A stretch of 64,000 nucleotides of DNA from Phyllosticta citribraziliensis (Eukaryota): the NCBI RefSeq assembly GCF_038025025.1, contig NW_027117353.1, forward strand, positions 124,001-188,000. The letters are read 5' to 3'. Of the stretch, positions 22,380-34,979 are shown piece by piece (position 1 is the first letter of the stretch; each line of letters starts with the position of its first letter). The position numbers and the translations under genes are program-made. The notes below the pieces were generated by a model. The model was not told the origin of the DNA. It saw only the letters and a list, made by a program, of their open reading frames with translations, and made no database searches.

Positions 22380-24780
22380 ATGGCGCAATCCAAGTCCACC
22401 AAGAAGTTCGAGAAGAATCATCTCAAGGATGTCCTCAAGCGCAGAAAAGATGGGGCCAAGATCAAGCAGCAAAAGCACATGAAAGAGAAACGCAAGGCGC
22501 GCAACGCCAAAGACAACGAACGCGCGAGCGATGTCGAAGAGGAAGACCAAAAGAAACGAGCGAAACGGAGCGATGACCTCAAATCGAACCCCTTTGCCGA
22601 AATGAGCGTGGACGACTTCTTCCAGGGCGCCTTCGATATTCCGGAGCAACCCACGGCAAAAAAATCGAAGCGCAAGGATGTTCCGACAAAAACGGGCAAG
22701 AGGAAGCGGACAGAGGCGGCTGAGGAGGACGATGAAGCCTCTGGATCCTCATCGGACGAGTCTGTCGAGGCGCAACCTGTAGCTGACGACAGCGGCTCTG
22801 AGGACGAGTCGGTGGACGACCTGGACGCACACAAGCAGCAACTAGAGGAGTTGCAGCAAAAGGATCCCGAATTCTACAAGTACATGAAGGAGAATGACCC
22901 GGACCTGCTGGACTTTGCAGAAGAGGCCGATCTATCCGAGATTGACGCATTGAGCGGAAGCGATGATGAGGCGCCCAAGAAAAAGAAGAAGAGCAAAGCG
23001 GCCGAGTCGGACGAAGAAGAGGAGGCACCGGGCAGCAGTGAGGTTACGAAGCCTTTGCTGAAGAAATGGGGCACTGCCTTGAAGGAGAAGCACTCACTCC
23101 GCGCGACCAAGGAGGTAGTTTTGGCTTTCCGAGCAGCAGCCCACCTGAACGAGGACGACGGAAAGGAGTACAAGTACTCCATCTCGAACCCAGAGGCGTA
23201 CCACGAGCTCCTGATCTTGGCGCTGAAGCATGTCCCCGAAGTCCTCCAGCATCATATTCCCGTCAAGGAATCGAACACGGGCAAGGTGTAAGTCAAGCGT
23301 TATTGGCTCATTCGTCCACACACTAACACCTCGCAGCCGTCTCTCCAGCGAAGGCAAAAAGTTCCGCAACATGACCCCAATGCTCAAGTCCCACGTCACA
23401 TCGGTAAACCACCTTCTAGGCAGTCTTTCCGACGACGCAACCCTGCGCATGACGCTCAACTCCCTTGTATCGCTTCTCCCCTATGTTCTGTCGTTCAAGA
23501 AGCTTGTTCGTGAATTGGCCAAGAACGTGGTCGCTGTATGGTCGGATGGCTCCAACAATGAGGCCGCACGCATTTCGGCTTTCCTCGTTCTCCGAAAATT
23601 GGTTGTCATAAGCGATGCTGGTATCAAGGAGGCTGTATTGAAGGCCGTCTACCAGGGACTGGTCCAGGCCAGTCGCAACACCAGCGTCCACACGCTTGCT
23701 GGCATCAACCTTATGAAGAACACGGCCGCTGAGCTGTGGGGGCTGGACCCGAACCTTGGCTACACGACCGGATTCAACTTCATCCGCAGGCTCGCCATCA
23801 CTCTGCGCGGTAGCATCATCAACAAGTCCAAGGAGTCGTACAAGACGGTCTACAACTGGCAGTACGTCCACTCTCTCGACTTTTGGTCCCGCGTCATTGC
23901 CATGCACTGCGAGACGCTCCGCGAGGCCGAGGCAGGCAAGGAGTCGCCTCTCCGTCCCCTCATCTACCCCATTGTCGTGGTCACCATGGCAGCCATGCGC
24001 CTCATCCCCACTGCGCAATACTTCCCCCTGCGCTTCCAACTCGTCCGTTCCATCTTCCGCATTTCCCTCGCCACATCGACCTACGTCTCCGTCGCGCCCG
24101 CTCTCCTCGAAGTCCTCAACTCGGCGGAGATGAAGAAGCCGCCGAAACCCAGCACGCTCAAGGCTCTCGACTTTGCGACCAGCACCCGCGCCGCAAAGTC
24201 GTACCTCCGGACGCGCGTGTACCAGGACGGCGTCGGCGAGCAAGTCGGCGAGCTGCTGTCCGAGTTCTTCGTGCTCTGGGCCAAGAACATCGCCTTCCCG
24301 GAGCTCGCACTCCCCGTCATCGTCATGCTCAAGCGCTGGCTGAAGGACGTCGGCAACAAGACGTCGGGCAACAAGAACGGCAAGGTCAACACGGTCATCG
24401 GCCTCGTGGTGCAGAAGCTCGAGGCCAACAGCCGGTGGATCGAGGAGCGCCGGTCCAAGGTCGACTTTGCGCCCAACAACCGCGCGGGCGTCGAGGGTTT
24501 CCTGAAGGAGACGGAGTGGGAGAAGACGCCGTTGGGCGCGTACGTGGCTACTCAGAGGAAGCTTCGCGAGCAGAAGGAGAAGCTTCTGGAACAGGGCAGG
24601 AGGGAGGAAGAGAAGAAGAAGAAGGAAGAGAGGGAGGAGAAGGAGAAGGAGAGGAGGGAAGAGCAGTTGGATGGATTCGATGAGGAGGACGCAGGTGAGA
24701 GCGAGGATGAGGACGATGACGACGACGTCGATGAGATGGACGTCGATGGTGCTGACGACGAGGAATTTGATGAGGAGTAA
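22380..24780 (+). CDS. NOC2: Nucleolar complex protein 2 (60S biogenesis) (intron 23288-23336)
   Basis: KSTKKFEKNHLKDVL; LQQKDPEFYKYMKENDPDLLDF; VYNWQYVHSLDFWS; YFPLRF; IAFPELALP; acidic tail. Confidence 0.95.
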
Positions 24781-25249
24781 ATTGGGGTCGGAGATACCCA
24801 ACCGGTCCAACATATTTGCATGTAGACGGCGCATTGTAACCCAAAATCGATCCACACGTACCAACAATCTGTCTGTATCCGAGATCGAGTCTCAATTTTC
24901 CTCTCCCTACCAATAGACTGGGTCTGCGTTTGGGGCCTGCCCGCACGTCACAGGAAGACAGAGAAAAGGCAAGTCGTTTTTGAACGGGTCGGAGCACCGT
25001 CATGTCCCCAAAATGAGGATATCTCAAGCCTGCCTGTCGAACAACAATTGTATCACGCCATTCTCTAAACCCTATTACCAAAAGCCAAGACACCGCCTCC
25101 AAGCATCCAGCAAATCCAAATCTCATCACTGTTCAATCCACGCGACACACCATGCACGGAAAAGAGCAGAGTCATCAAGCAACGCCAACCAGAACCTCCG
25201 CTTCAAGCCCCCAACCGCATCCCCTCGACCCCCCATCCCCTTCGCGCAC

Positions 25250-26197
25250 TCAATGATCTCCATTCGACGCCATGGTGCGATGATCATGAAACTGGCACAG
25301 ATCGATGTCACACCACTCCCCATGCCCGCGCTGGCCGTCACCCAACCGCTCCCTCAACGCCTCAACATCCGCCACAAAGCGCGCATCCAAATCCGCAGCG
25401 CGCTGCCGCCAGACGACAAAGACGTCCCACGCGTGCAGCGCGCGCATGGCCGCGAGCCGGCGCAGCTGGCTCTCCTCGCGCGTGACGGATTGGATATAGC
25501 GCAGTTCGGGGGCTGGGTAGACCCACCAGCGGGCCAGCGCCTCGGCCAGCGCCTCGGTCGCGGCGATTTTGAGGAGTGTTATGTGCCATGCGTCGGCGAA
25601 GACGTGCAGGTCGATTAGTAGCGCCATGTATTGCGAGATGTTCTGCGGCTGGGCGACGGGGTGGCGGGGGGATGGCAGAGCCGGCTGGAGCCCGGGCGTC
25701 GCAGGCGTCGCGGGCGTCGTGGGCGACAGGGGCGAAATCGGTGTCGGTACCGTGTCACCGGTGCCGTCGAAGCGTGGCAGGTCGTCACCGGGCGGTTCGG
25801 GCAGTTGGCGCTCCAGAAGCCAGTTGACAAAGGCCCCGAAAACGACAGCGTCTTCTTCTGAGAAGTTGATTTCGGGGGGGTCGCCTGTGAGGACGAGGTC
25901 GGAGAAGCGGTCGGAGGCTTTGGCGAGGAGATTTTTGGGTATCAGGAAGAGCTGTTCTTTTTCGTTGCTGTCGGCCCAGACATGGAGGAAGCCGTCCCAC
26001 TCTTCGCTTGGGTTAGATGTCAGTGCTGGCGACTCGAGGAGACGAGGGAAATCTGTGGTTGTGGCGGACTTCCTGACGTACCGTGGTAGAAAAAGGTTGC
26101 CTCTTTCTTCAGCAAAAAGGCAACGCGATCTCATGTAGCGGAAAGGCTGGGTTGATTGCTCTTGTTGAGGCTGGGCTTGTTCCTCTTCTTGACTCAT
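25250..26197 (-). CDS. BTB/POZ-domain protein (possible in-frame intron 26007-26081)
   Basis: F.IPKNLLAKASDRF...INFSEEDAVVFGAFVNWL; LIDLHVFADAW; C-terminal CQFHDH typical of expanded ascomycete BTB proteins. Confidence 0.7.
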   Translation of the reverse strand: MSQEEEQAQPQQEQSTQPFRYMRSRCLFAEERGNLFLPRYVRKSATTTDFPRLLESPALTSNPSEEWDGFLHVWADSNEKEQLFLIPKNLLAKASDRFSDLVLTGDPPEINFSEEDAVVFGAFVNWLLERQLPEPPGDDLPRFDGTGDTVPTPISPLSPTTPATPATPGLQPALPSPRHPVAQPQNISQYMALLIDLHVFADAWHITLLKIAATEALAEALARWWVYPAPELRYIQSVTREESQLRRLAAMRALHAWDVFVVWRQRAADLDARFVADVEALRERLGDGQRGHGEWCDIDLCQFHDHRTMASNGDH

Positions 26198-27138
26198 TGT
26201 GGAATGCTTGTGTATCAATGACAGAAAACTGGTGAGTGATGCGTTTGGGAAACGACTTGGAGAATTCTACTCGGTTGGATTGTGCTTTCGAAAATATCTT
26301 TTCGGTGTTGATCGCTGGTCAAGAAGCAAAGGAACAGGAGAGAGATTTCCAGGCCAACGGAAGTCGAGGAGCGTATGAGGAAGCCGCAAGAGACTCAAAG
26401 TCCGGCTGCCCAGAGGGCAGACGTGAGGAGGAAGTGAGTATCGACGCACATGGCAAGCAGGTCTTGGGGCTCAAAGCTCATGACTTGAGAGGCAGAAAAC
26501 AACAGCGAAAATGAGATTCCGAAACAGTCCAGGTAATGCTAGGCAGGCTCCAGGCTGCCCTGACTTGATTTGATGATCCTCGAACGAATACACATAGGAA
26601 ACATGCAGGCCGAGAGATTGAAAGCGCGGGTAGGACCTGCCGCCACCAAAAGCACAAGCGGAAATTGACAGATAATTCAAAACCAAAACCAAAGCAATGC
26701 GGAAGACATCGTTGACTACGCTCCATTCAGTCGCGCCAGGGGAAAGTAGGGGGCGGGATAGGTCAGGGGGTATATTCGCGCGCAGAAAGGTGGGTGGATG
26801 GAAGGCTCTAACGACAATGACAGGACGATTGGTAGTACAAAAACGACAATAAAATACAATGCAGGAAAAGGAACCGCAAATCGGACGATTGGCTTCCACA
26901 ACGGACAAAGGAAAAGTGTAGAGACGAAGGTCTCAAGGACACTGTTGGCAGGAGCAGCTGGCTATCCAAAAAAGACGGTGAGGTATAGTACATGGCAGAC
27001 ACGCCGCAGGACAAAGATGCGTGTGCTGTGTGCGAACACAAAAGATCTAATGATATGACGCAGTGCAATGGAGCAGTCGAAACAAATACGAGAATGGCCG
27101 AGCAGGTGTATCTCAACAATCCTCACCCTTTGCCGTCA

Positions 27139-29815
27139 TCACAGCAGTGCCATACTGTTGACGCGTAGGATTGGGAGGCCTGGCAGAGCGCCCCCTGTTT
27201 TGACATCTTTTGCTTCGACGACGTCTGCTTCTTTGCGCAACTTTGCGGGACTGTCGCCAGCCTCCGCTAGGCACTCTCCCAGTGCATCGACGTCGACATC
27301 GCTTGTCTGCACTATCGAGTTTTTTGGCGTCGTCGGTTGGTTCTGTAACGCCGGAGGCGGCACCGAGACTGGCTCGGTCCGCATGCCTGGCACAGCACCA
27401 AGTTGATTGACCCCAGAGGCGCGAAGTCGCGCTTTGCTGCTGGATGTTGAGGAAGCTGTAGCTGGTCTGGTAGGTGTCGGTGTCGCATCTTCGGCTGTCG
27501 ACATTGGCGCGTCCGGCGTGCCAGCATCGCTCGCTCTTGTCTCCGACGTTGCCGTTGCCGGAGGCTGAGGGTCATCCTCATCAGGAGTTGAAGGCGTTGG
27601 TGTGGGCGCGGCACCCCATTTTCCGAACACCCAGCCTCCAATACGCTTGCCGACGCTAGTGCTGGCGTTGGAATTCCTAGATCCAGGTCGGCTTGCAGCG
27701 CTCGAACGACGCCGATTATTATTGGAATTCGACAAGAGACTCTGGTACGAGCTAAGAGCGTCCGTGTCGTGCTTGTAAGAAAGGCTGGGGCGCGCTGTCA
27801 TGCTGGACAGACTACCACGCGCGAGCTTGGACGGGGAGCTGGGCGCAAAGAATATCTGTGATGGGCGTGACTGTAGCGTATGGATATCCATGCCGGATAC
27901 TGAGAGTAATGACTCGTGAGAGCTTTGTCGCCTGAGCGTCGAATAAGTTTCTCCGTTCAGCTCGGGAGCTTGAGCCTCCGGCAGAGGCTCGTTTTGGGTG
28001 ATGGGCTCGCAAACTTCCTCGGGAATGGCGAGGTCTTCTTCTGGGATTCTGAGTGAAAGCTTCTGCGGAGCCTGCGTAGTGGTGGGAGATTTTAGAGAGC
28101 GCATGGTGACAGGCATCGTGCTGGTCCTATTAATTCCATGGGTGAGGATGCCTCCCTTGATAGGCGAATATACAGGAGATCCAGGGTCATCATTGCTTTC
28201 CGGACTTGTTGGACGCGAGGAGTCCTGACCACAATCGCTAAAGATGCGATCAAAGATGGACGAGGTCCGGCGAGATGCTTCGAACGGGGAGCTCGGTACC
28301 GATGAAGCCACCGAGGCCCCGGTCTGCTGGCTTTGGATCGACCAATGATGACGATGGTTTGAACGATGACTGGGTATAGTTACTGAAGTATGGGAAAGAA
28401 TGCTGGCAGCCGTGCACGGAGAAGACGGCCTTGGGGCAGAAATGGATGACTGTGGAGTGTGGTTGGTAGTGGGTGCGAATTGACCAGGAGCCAGTGGAGT
28501 GCGCTTCTTCTTCGACGGCCGGCGTTGCAGGTTGCTTCTCTTTTTTGGCGCGTCCTTGGATGCCTCGGAAGTCAAGTGGAGATGGTGGTGTACGTGGTGT
28601 TCTTGGGGTAGATGGCATGGGCTCCTCTCTGGGCTCTTAGGACTGGTGACTTCTGGGTCAAACCCAAGTTCGTTCTGGAGATTTGGCGCGCCCCCATCGC
28701 CTTCGCATGGTTCATCAAGTGGTTGATGAAGCATCAGTTGTTCCCGTAACCTTTCGACCTCTTCGTTTGCGTTTGTGAGCATGTCCCGAAGTTCCACAAT
28801 ACCAATCTGCAAGTTCGCGTTGTCCTGTAAAATGTCCTTGACAAAATGTGACACCACATTGGTGTCGGTTTTGCTTTGGGCGACCTTGGCGGCAGCAGCG
28901 CCTTTCAACCTTCCCGCAGCTGTCTCGAGCTCTTTCTCCACGGCCCGTCTCCTTTCCATGCGGCCCACGATTTCGACATGGCGTTCGCGCTCTTCTCGAG
29001 ACTCGCGTTCGATGCGCTCAATCTGTTCCTGGAGCTCGTTGATGATCCGCTCGGCTTTGCGCCATCTCTGGACTGCCGACTTGCCGTCCCCTGCTGTGCT
29101 GGAAAGTCTTGACTGCAGATCGACTTGTTCCTTCTCCAGGCTGGCCAATTGCCTTTCAAGGGTCTCGGTCCTCGAGGCTTGGTTCGAAAGCCGCGTAAGT
29201 TCGTCCTGGGTCGAAGACAGGTGCTTGGAGAGGTCCGCTATACGCTTGTCCGAGTCCGCGACGGCGTTGTTCATGGCCTCGAGCTGGTCGAGGAGGTCGC
29301 GGTTCTCCTGGATGGACTGGGCATTTTTGGACTCGAGGTCCGCCTTCTCGCGTTCGAGTTCTTCGATTTTGACAGCCATTCGTCGGCGCTCGGCCTCGCT
29401 GTCGGCTATGTAGGCTTCATGGCGTTGGAGGAGGGCCTGCAAGCTGAAGTTCAGCGTGGATAACATCTTGGCGTTAGGGAGCAAAATAGGTTATAGGGCC
29501 GGCTGACTCGACCAAAGGACCGATCAGCTGAGCGCCTGAGCCCCAGATGAAGGTGTTTAAAATGAGGGCTTGGTCTGGGGCGTGTTGCGATCGTCACACG
29601 CGGAAACGAGGGAGGAGGCTTTGTTGAACCAAGGGAGGATGATGGGCGCGTACCTGACCGAGTTGGGCGGCTGTCTGAACGTCGCGCTCGAGACCCTCGA
29701 GAAGATGGCCGTTGTGGGAGAGGTATGGGCAGTCGGAGTTGCCGCAGCAGCATTGAGGAATGCGACTATGGGCGTCGGTGGTGGTGGCGTGTACGGTTCC
29801 GCGAGGACTCTCCAT
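27139..29815 (-). CDS. Conserved fungal hypothetical protein: Cys-rich N-terminus, long coiled coil, Ser/Pro-rich disordered tail (intron ~29437-29653)
   Basis: Exon 1 MESPR...CCCGNSDCPYLSHN..LEGLERDVQTAAQLGQ splices (gtacgc..ttgcag) to ALLQRHEAY in the 781-aa ORF; heptad-rich segment; VVSHFVKDILQDNANLQ. Confidence 0.8.
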
Positions 29816-30886
29816 GGTGGTGGGCAAGCGAGGAATGCAGCTCCAACCTGACCCTAGACGATTGCAGCGAAAGCTCCATATGGCTCAGCGAGGCGGAAGG
29901 GGCGAGGAGAGTGGTCGCTTAAAGACGAGGGGACGTGAGCTCAAGGAGAGAGGCTTGGACCGGGCCAGAGCAGAGCGGAGCGGAGGCGCAGGAGGGCGAC
30001 AGTGCGTAGGGCGGTGGGCGAAGTTTGCGCAGCGAGGTGGATAGTTGCGGTGGAGAGGATTGCTGAGACGCTGGCACGAAACGAACGAACCAACAACGGT
30101 GCGTAGTTCGCCGGGTGTGCCCGCAGAGGCGCGCTGGGGCTTGGAACGCCGTGTTTACTGTGCTTCCCGGGCCCTCGAAACACGCATCCGACGAAACAAA
30201 TCCCCCGTCTGACGCAAGCACAAGCTCGATGCAGGTACTCGATTACCTTTTGATCTTGTGCGGCCTGCATGGTTGCTTTGTGGCGCAGTAGCTTGTCCGC
30301 CCGGCTCCCAGCTCCCAGCCATCACCGCTCCCGGCCCGGCCTGTCAGTGCTCACGTATGGCCGAGTCAACCGCCCAGCATCCTGACTCCACCTCGTCACG
30401 GCACACGTGGAATGTAGTAAAGAACCTGATTTTATCCCATTTATAGCCGCATGGCGGACTCGTGATGATGCAACGAGCCGTCAGCTTCCTCAACCGAGGC
30501 CATGGTATCTGTAACTCCGTTTTCCCGTATGATGCCCTTCGCCAGTGACTCCAGCCCCGTATGCTCAATGCCGAATGCTGAATGACGAATGACCCCGTGT
30601 CGAGACCTTGCTTCCAATGCCCAATGACGTTCGTAAAGACCTGGTCCTGCAGTCGAAACCCGTGTGGCGGCTGCTTGTCGAAACCTTCTTGTCAAGAACC
30701 ACCTAGGTTGCGGGTTAGAAAAGTAGAGAATGGATGTGAATTTGACTTACCCAGAATGATTCCCGCGAGAACCCAAATCCGAAACCCTCAATCGAGACCT
30801 CCAGCTGCCGAACGGGTCTGCCTCTGGTGTTAATCCAGCATTCTCAAGTGCTTTCATCACATGATGCTTACCGAGTGGCCCGAAGC

Positions 30887-31792
30887 TCACTTTCCCTCGT
30901 AGTGGGGCACAGTCGTGTCGGCACTGCGCGCGTGGTAGAAGCGACGGCAGCAGGTGCAGTAGTCTACCTTGGAGAGCTTAGGGCACCACTCGCAGTGTTT
31001 GCCGGGCATGTGGGTGTCGTAGATGTGGAGCCAGGGCTTGAGCTTCGCCATGCGCTTCTCGAACTCTTTGTCGTACCAGGCCGGGCCATGCGGCGCGTCG
31101 GGCGGCATGGCGCCCCAAGAACCCGGTGGAAGAGGGCAGCCGTAGACGACAGCGCCAGGCGGAGGCGGAGGGGCAGAGGCAGCGGCAGCAGCCATCGCGG
31201 CAGCGGCAGCGTTGGCAGCAGACATGGCGGGAGGCGGGGTTGCGGTGGTCAGGTTTGCCATGCCGGTGGTGATCCTGTTCACGGTTGGAGTCCGAGGAGC
31301 AGTCGTGGGCGGGCGACAGGCTTTGCAAGGACAGGTGTTGGCCTGGCCGCGATGGTAGAGGTGGTGCAACAGGTGCTCGACGAACTGCTTCTGAGAAGTA
31401 AAGGGCCGGCTCTGAGGATGGCCGTACAGGTACTTGTCGCTCCTGGTGCCGTCGCTGCGCTCTTTGGCCCAAAGCGAATATCCAGCGGGCAGGCGGTCAA
31501 ACCTGTACTTGACACCGAAAATAAGCGCACCTGGACGTCTACAATTAGCGACCTACAGGCTGAGCTCTGACAACGCATATGTAGAGTATCGCAGTAGTTG
31601 CGGTAAGCAGGAACTGTGTGGTAGTTACTAACCTGGTTGAAGCTCTGCGACCTTGGCCATGTACTTCTCGCCAACTTCCTGCAGCCACTGGGCAACGTCT
31701 TGGTCGAGGACGTAGCCAATGACTCTAGGGACATGGCTAGAATCGCATGCAATGTCCTCCATGTGGAGGGTCATTTGCTGAGGGGTGGCCAT
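30887..31792 (-). CDS. Protein with a Clr2 N-terminal (Clr2_transil-like) domain; intron 31531-31632; further 3' exons possible
   Basis: Exon 1 (MATPQQMTLHMEDIACDSS...WLQEVGEKY) splices gttagt..gctaat..gtccag in frame to KYRFDRLPAGYSLWAKERSDGTRSDKYLYGHPQSRPFTSQKQFVEHLLHHL...CPCKAC, then an Ala/Pro-rich linker and CEWC...CTCC. Confidence 0.7.
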
Positions 31793-31878
31793 GATCACGT
31801 GCGAGGGGGTGATGGTGGGAGTTCGTCGGGTAGGTGGATGGCTGTGGTTTTGTACAGCGGAAGAATTTTTTTTGGGTT

Positions 31879-31930
31879 GGAGACCTACGCCGGAGACCTG
31901 CGCCGGAGACCTGCGCCGGAGACTTACGTC
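31879..31930. repeat. 13-bp minisatellite, 4 copies (GGAGACCTRCGCC)
   Basis: ggagacctacgcc ggagacctgcgcc ggagacctgcgcc ggagacttacgtc. Confidence 0.9.
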
Positions 31931-33441
31931 GTCGCCGTAATGCTACAAAACATTGAGAACAATCTGTCGACAAGGCCAGAGGGGTGGGGAACCGCTCAGC
32001 TTCTTCGCTTTCACATATCGACATCTCCTGGCCTGCTGTGATGGACCATCTGCAAGTTCAAATGCTAGCACATGCAATCGAATGAACATAGGAAATTGAT
32101 CTGTGGCAAAAAGCCTTGCAGAAACATAGACATTGGAAGTGACTTGAACAAGGAGATACAGAAACTATCCATGATTCCCAAAGGAGGAATATAGAACGCG
32201 TTCATGTTTGTTGTGGATAGAGACTTGGGAGCAGTTCTGGCGCTTAACACACAGATCTGAGAAGACGTGATCAAGGACAAGGTAGGAAAACATTGTTTTC
32301 TTGGAGGAGTCGTAGCGGAGCGCCGAGCAGCGGAGGAGAAACCGTCGGAAGCGGAGATTGTAGGCGGGGACCATCGAGAGCCATGCAAAAGAACTAGTGA
32401 GAGAAGGACTATGAGTGGTGCACGCAAGGAAAGAAATAATGGAGAGGAGTGTGGAAGATAGGCCGATGACAGACTTAATGTCTGGCGAGTCTCAAGGCCA
32501 TCTTGAGCAACGAGGCATCAAGAGACCGTCGATCGCGGGTTGTTGCCTCACCGAAAAGATCTGAATGGGTAGACGTAAAGACTGCACGGCTTTTTTATTT
32601 CCAGTTGCAAACCAACCTTGTCCTTTCCGAGGTTCGAGGCGATGTTCCTCCAGGGAATATCCGTCGGATGAAGACTCTACCAGATGACGTTTTGAATGGA
32701 AGACGAGGACCAAACAGCGCAGGCGCAGACAGGGACGGTTGCAAGGAGGACGAAGAGCGACAGATAACAAGGATTGAGATCGTCGAGATGGCGAGGAGAG
32801 AGTGTTGTTGGCCTGGAGTGGAGTGAACCGGGTCAACGGTTTCTCCATGGCTGACGATCGAGCCAGGCCGCGAGGGGCTGCGCTAGCGGAGAGACCCGAG
32901 GCACCACCTACACCATCTGCATCGCACTCACATCTTGCCTGCCACCTCGGGTTTCCCACAACATCCCTCAAACAAACATTCGTTTCAGCCTCTGCAGACC
33001 CCGCCCTGATGGAATCTGCCGTTCACTTGCAATCGCACTCGACCGCCGCGTTTGGCGGCCTGATGCCTCTGTTCCGCATCGTTCCATCAGCGCAACGACT
33101 CGCGCTCCCCCAGGTGCCCTGTCGACTGCCGCTTTCTAGCTTCAAGTGCCATTGCGACCAATTCTCACATACTTCTCGCCTCATCTCATCGACTCATTCT
33201 ATTCTCAGATTGTCATTGCAGCATCTCGAATCGATTATATGTTGACCACACCGACGAGAAGGCTGACACCTTTAGCGTCTGCGTTCTGAAGTCAGGAAAC
33301 GCCATGTGTCGTTGAGTTGACGACTCTTTGGAGTCTCTGCTGCCTGTCTTTCTTCATTCTTGTCCTCGGTCGACACTGTCCTGTCTCAACCCTGCTTCCT
33401 TGGAGCAACCCGTCATTGACGCGACTGGGTAGATTGTGGCC

Positions 33442-34636
33442 ATGAAGAATTGGCTAAGGCGCAAGCTATCTCGAGAATCGGTCAACACGGAGGCCGATGC
33501 ACCAGCAGAGAAACGTCTAAGGACACCTGCGGGTCTGCGACTGTCAAAAATAGTGGATAGTCCCGAACGCGATGATCCGCTGATACGACCGCCTTCTTCG
33601 ACCAACATCAACGATAGGTCCTCGACCGACATTACGCCTGCTCCAAATACTCCATCATGCCGCACAACCTTTACTGCTGGATCGGTGCTCAAAGTGGAGC
33701 TCAAGATCGAGGCATCTGGGGATGACTGCGCTGAGAGACGGCGCATTTATCGCAGGCGGTGCCTCGTAGTTTCGATAACAATTGCGGCCATAGTTGCTCT
33801 AGTTGTTGGCTTGTCAGTAGGTTTGAAGAAGAAGTTTTCCGAGTATGTGTTGCGGATCTTGCATGATCGATGTACCAACTCCGTGCTGACGGGTCGGCAG
33901 CGAAAAGTCTCCAAGTGATTCACGAGACACTGTCTCAGCCTCGAGCGTAGGGGGCGCCAATAGCAACGCGCCAATGATTCCCGGGTCGACGAATGCGACG
34001 AACGCGACAATCGCCTCCAACGACAAATTCCCGGTCGGCTCTTACACCTTTACCACCTTCCTTGATAGTGTGCAGAGAGGATGCACCAGTGTTCGAGACA
34101 CTTGGAGCTGCTACCCTTACAAAAGTTATGATGAAGATCCGGTGAGATCGATGACAACCTTCCATTGGGTCATATCGCCTAGCTCCGAAGGGATCTACCA
34201 CATTTCGTCGGCGGCCAACTCGGCTTTGATAGTGTTCTCGAATGCGGACCTGAAATTGATTGACGGAGGCCAGGACAGCGAGCGCTATGAGTTTCAATTG
34301 GTTGTGGACAAGAGAGTGAGTCCGTCCACCGACCTCACGGATGACGCTTCCAAGGCGGTTTGTTTTTACAACAAGACTACATTCGTTGCTTCTTTGTACA
34401 CCAAAAAGCCGAAGAGCTACCCAGCGACGTCGAATACGACTTCAAATGGCATCAGTCCACTTGAAGCAGCCTGGCCATTTGCTGCACGCGTCGAACAGCG
34501 CATTGCGGCTCGAAACGATGTTCCAGACTGCGAGCCGAAGGGGCATATCTCTGACAGGTTCACCAAGGGTTTGATTGGCCACAGTTCGACAGGAAGCTGC
34601 AGCTGTCTGTACAGGAATTATTTTGACGCGGGGTGA
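33442..34636 (+). CDS. Conserved ascomycete single-pass (type II) membrane protein of unknown function (intron 33843-33900)
   Basis: Basic stretch RRRIYRRR followed by TM LVVSITIAAIVALVVGLSVGL; a phase-2 intron joins the Cys-containing ectodomain FPVGSYTFTTFL..GCT...WSCYPY...CFYN...WPFA...CSCLY. Confidence 0.7.
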
Positions 34637-34746
34637 GCGTTTCTTGTCCTCGAAAAATTGTACGTACGTGGAGCGGTTGCGCATAATTGATTCTTTGACA
34701 TGGTAGAGACGCAACCAAAGGATTCGCTGAGTGAACCAGACACAGT

Positions 34747-34753
34747 TGAGTCA
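34747..34753. promoter_or_regulatory. Gcn4/CpcA response element TGAGTCA
   Basis: Perfect TGASTCA ~230 bp upstream of the HIS4 ATG, with partial sites near 34899 and 34932. Confidence 0.65.
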
Positions 34754-34979
34754 ACAACGAATAAAAGTCAGCAGATGTCTGGTGGTGATGTCAGGCGAGT
34801 CATCGTTGTGCAGTTACAAAGGCGGCCTCTGCGCGCCGAGCGATTTGCGACCCCACCCGGCCAATCCCGCGGTGTCATGGCCCGCGACAAAAACCTCCGA
34901 CTCATACATTACCAGTGCCACTCATCCCACTTGAGTCTCGAGTCCCCCCGCTCAAGCTCCAGGGCTCAATTCCATCACC

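Noticed and set aside
23416..24867. 483-aa antisense ORF over NOC2 (similar cases over HIS4, xylitol dehydrogenase, arrestin and PXA1)
   Set aside because: Shadow ORFs caused by strong GC3 codon bias of the real gene; no recognisable motifs
31879..31930. CRISPR-like repeat array
   Set aside because: Head-to-tail repeats with no spacers, in a eukaryotic genome with no cas genes
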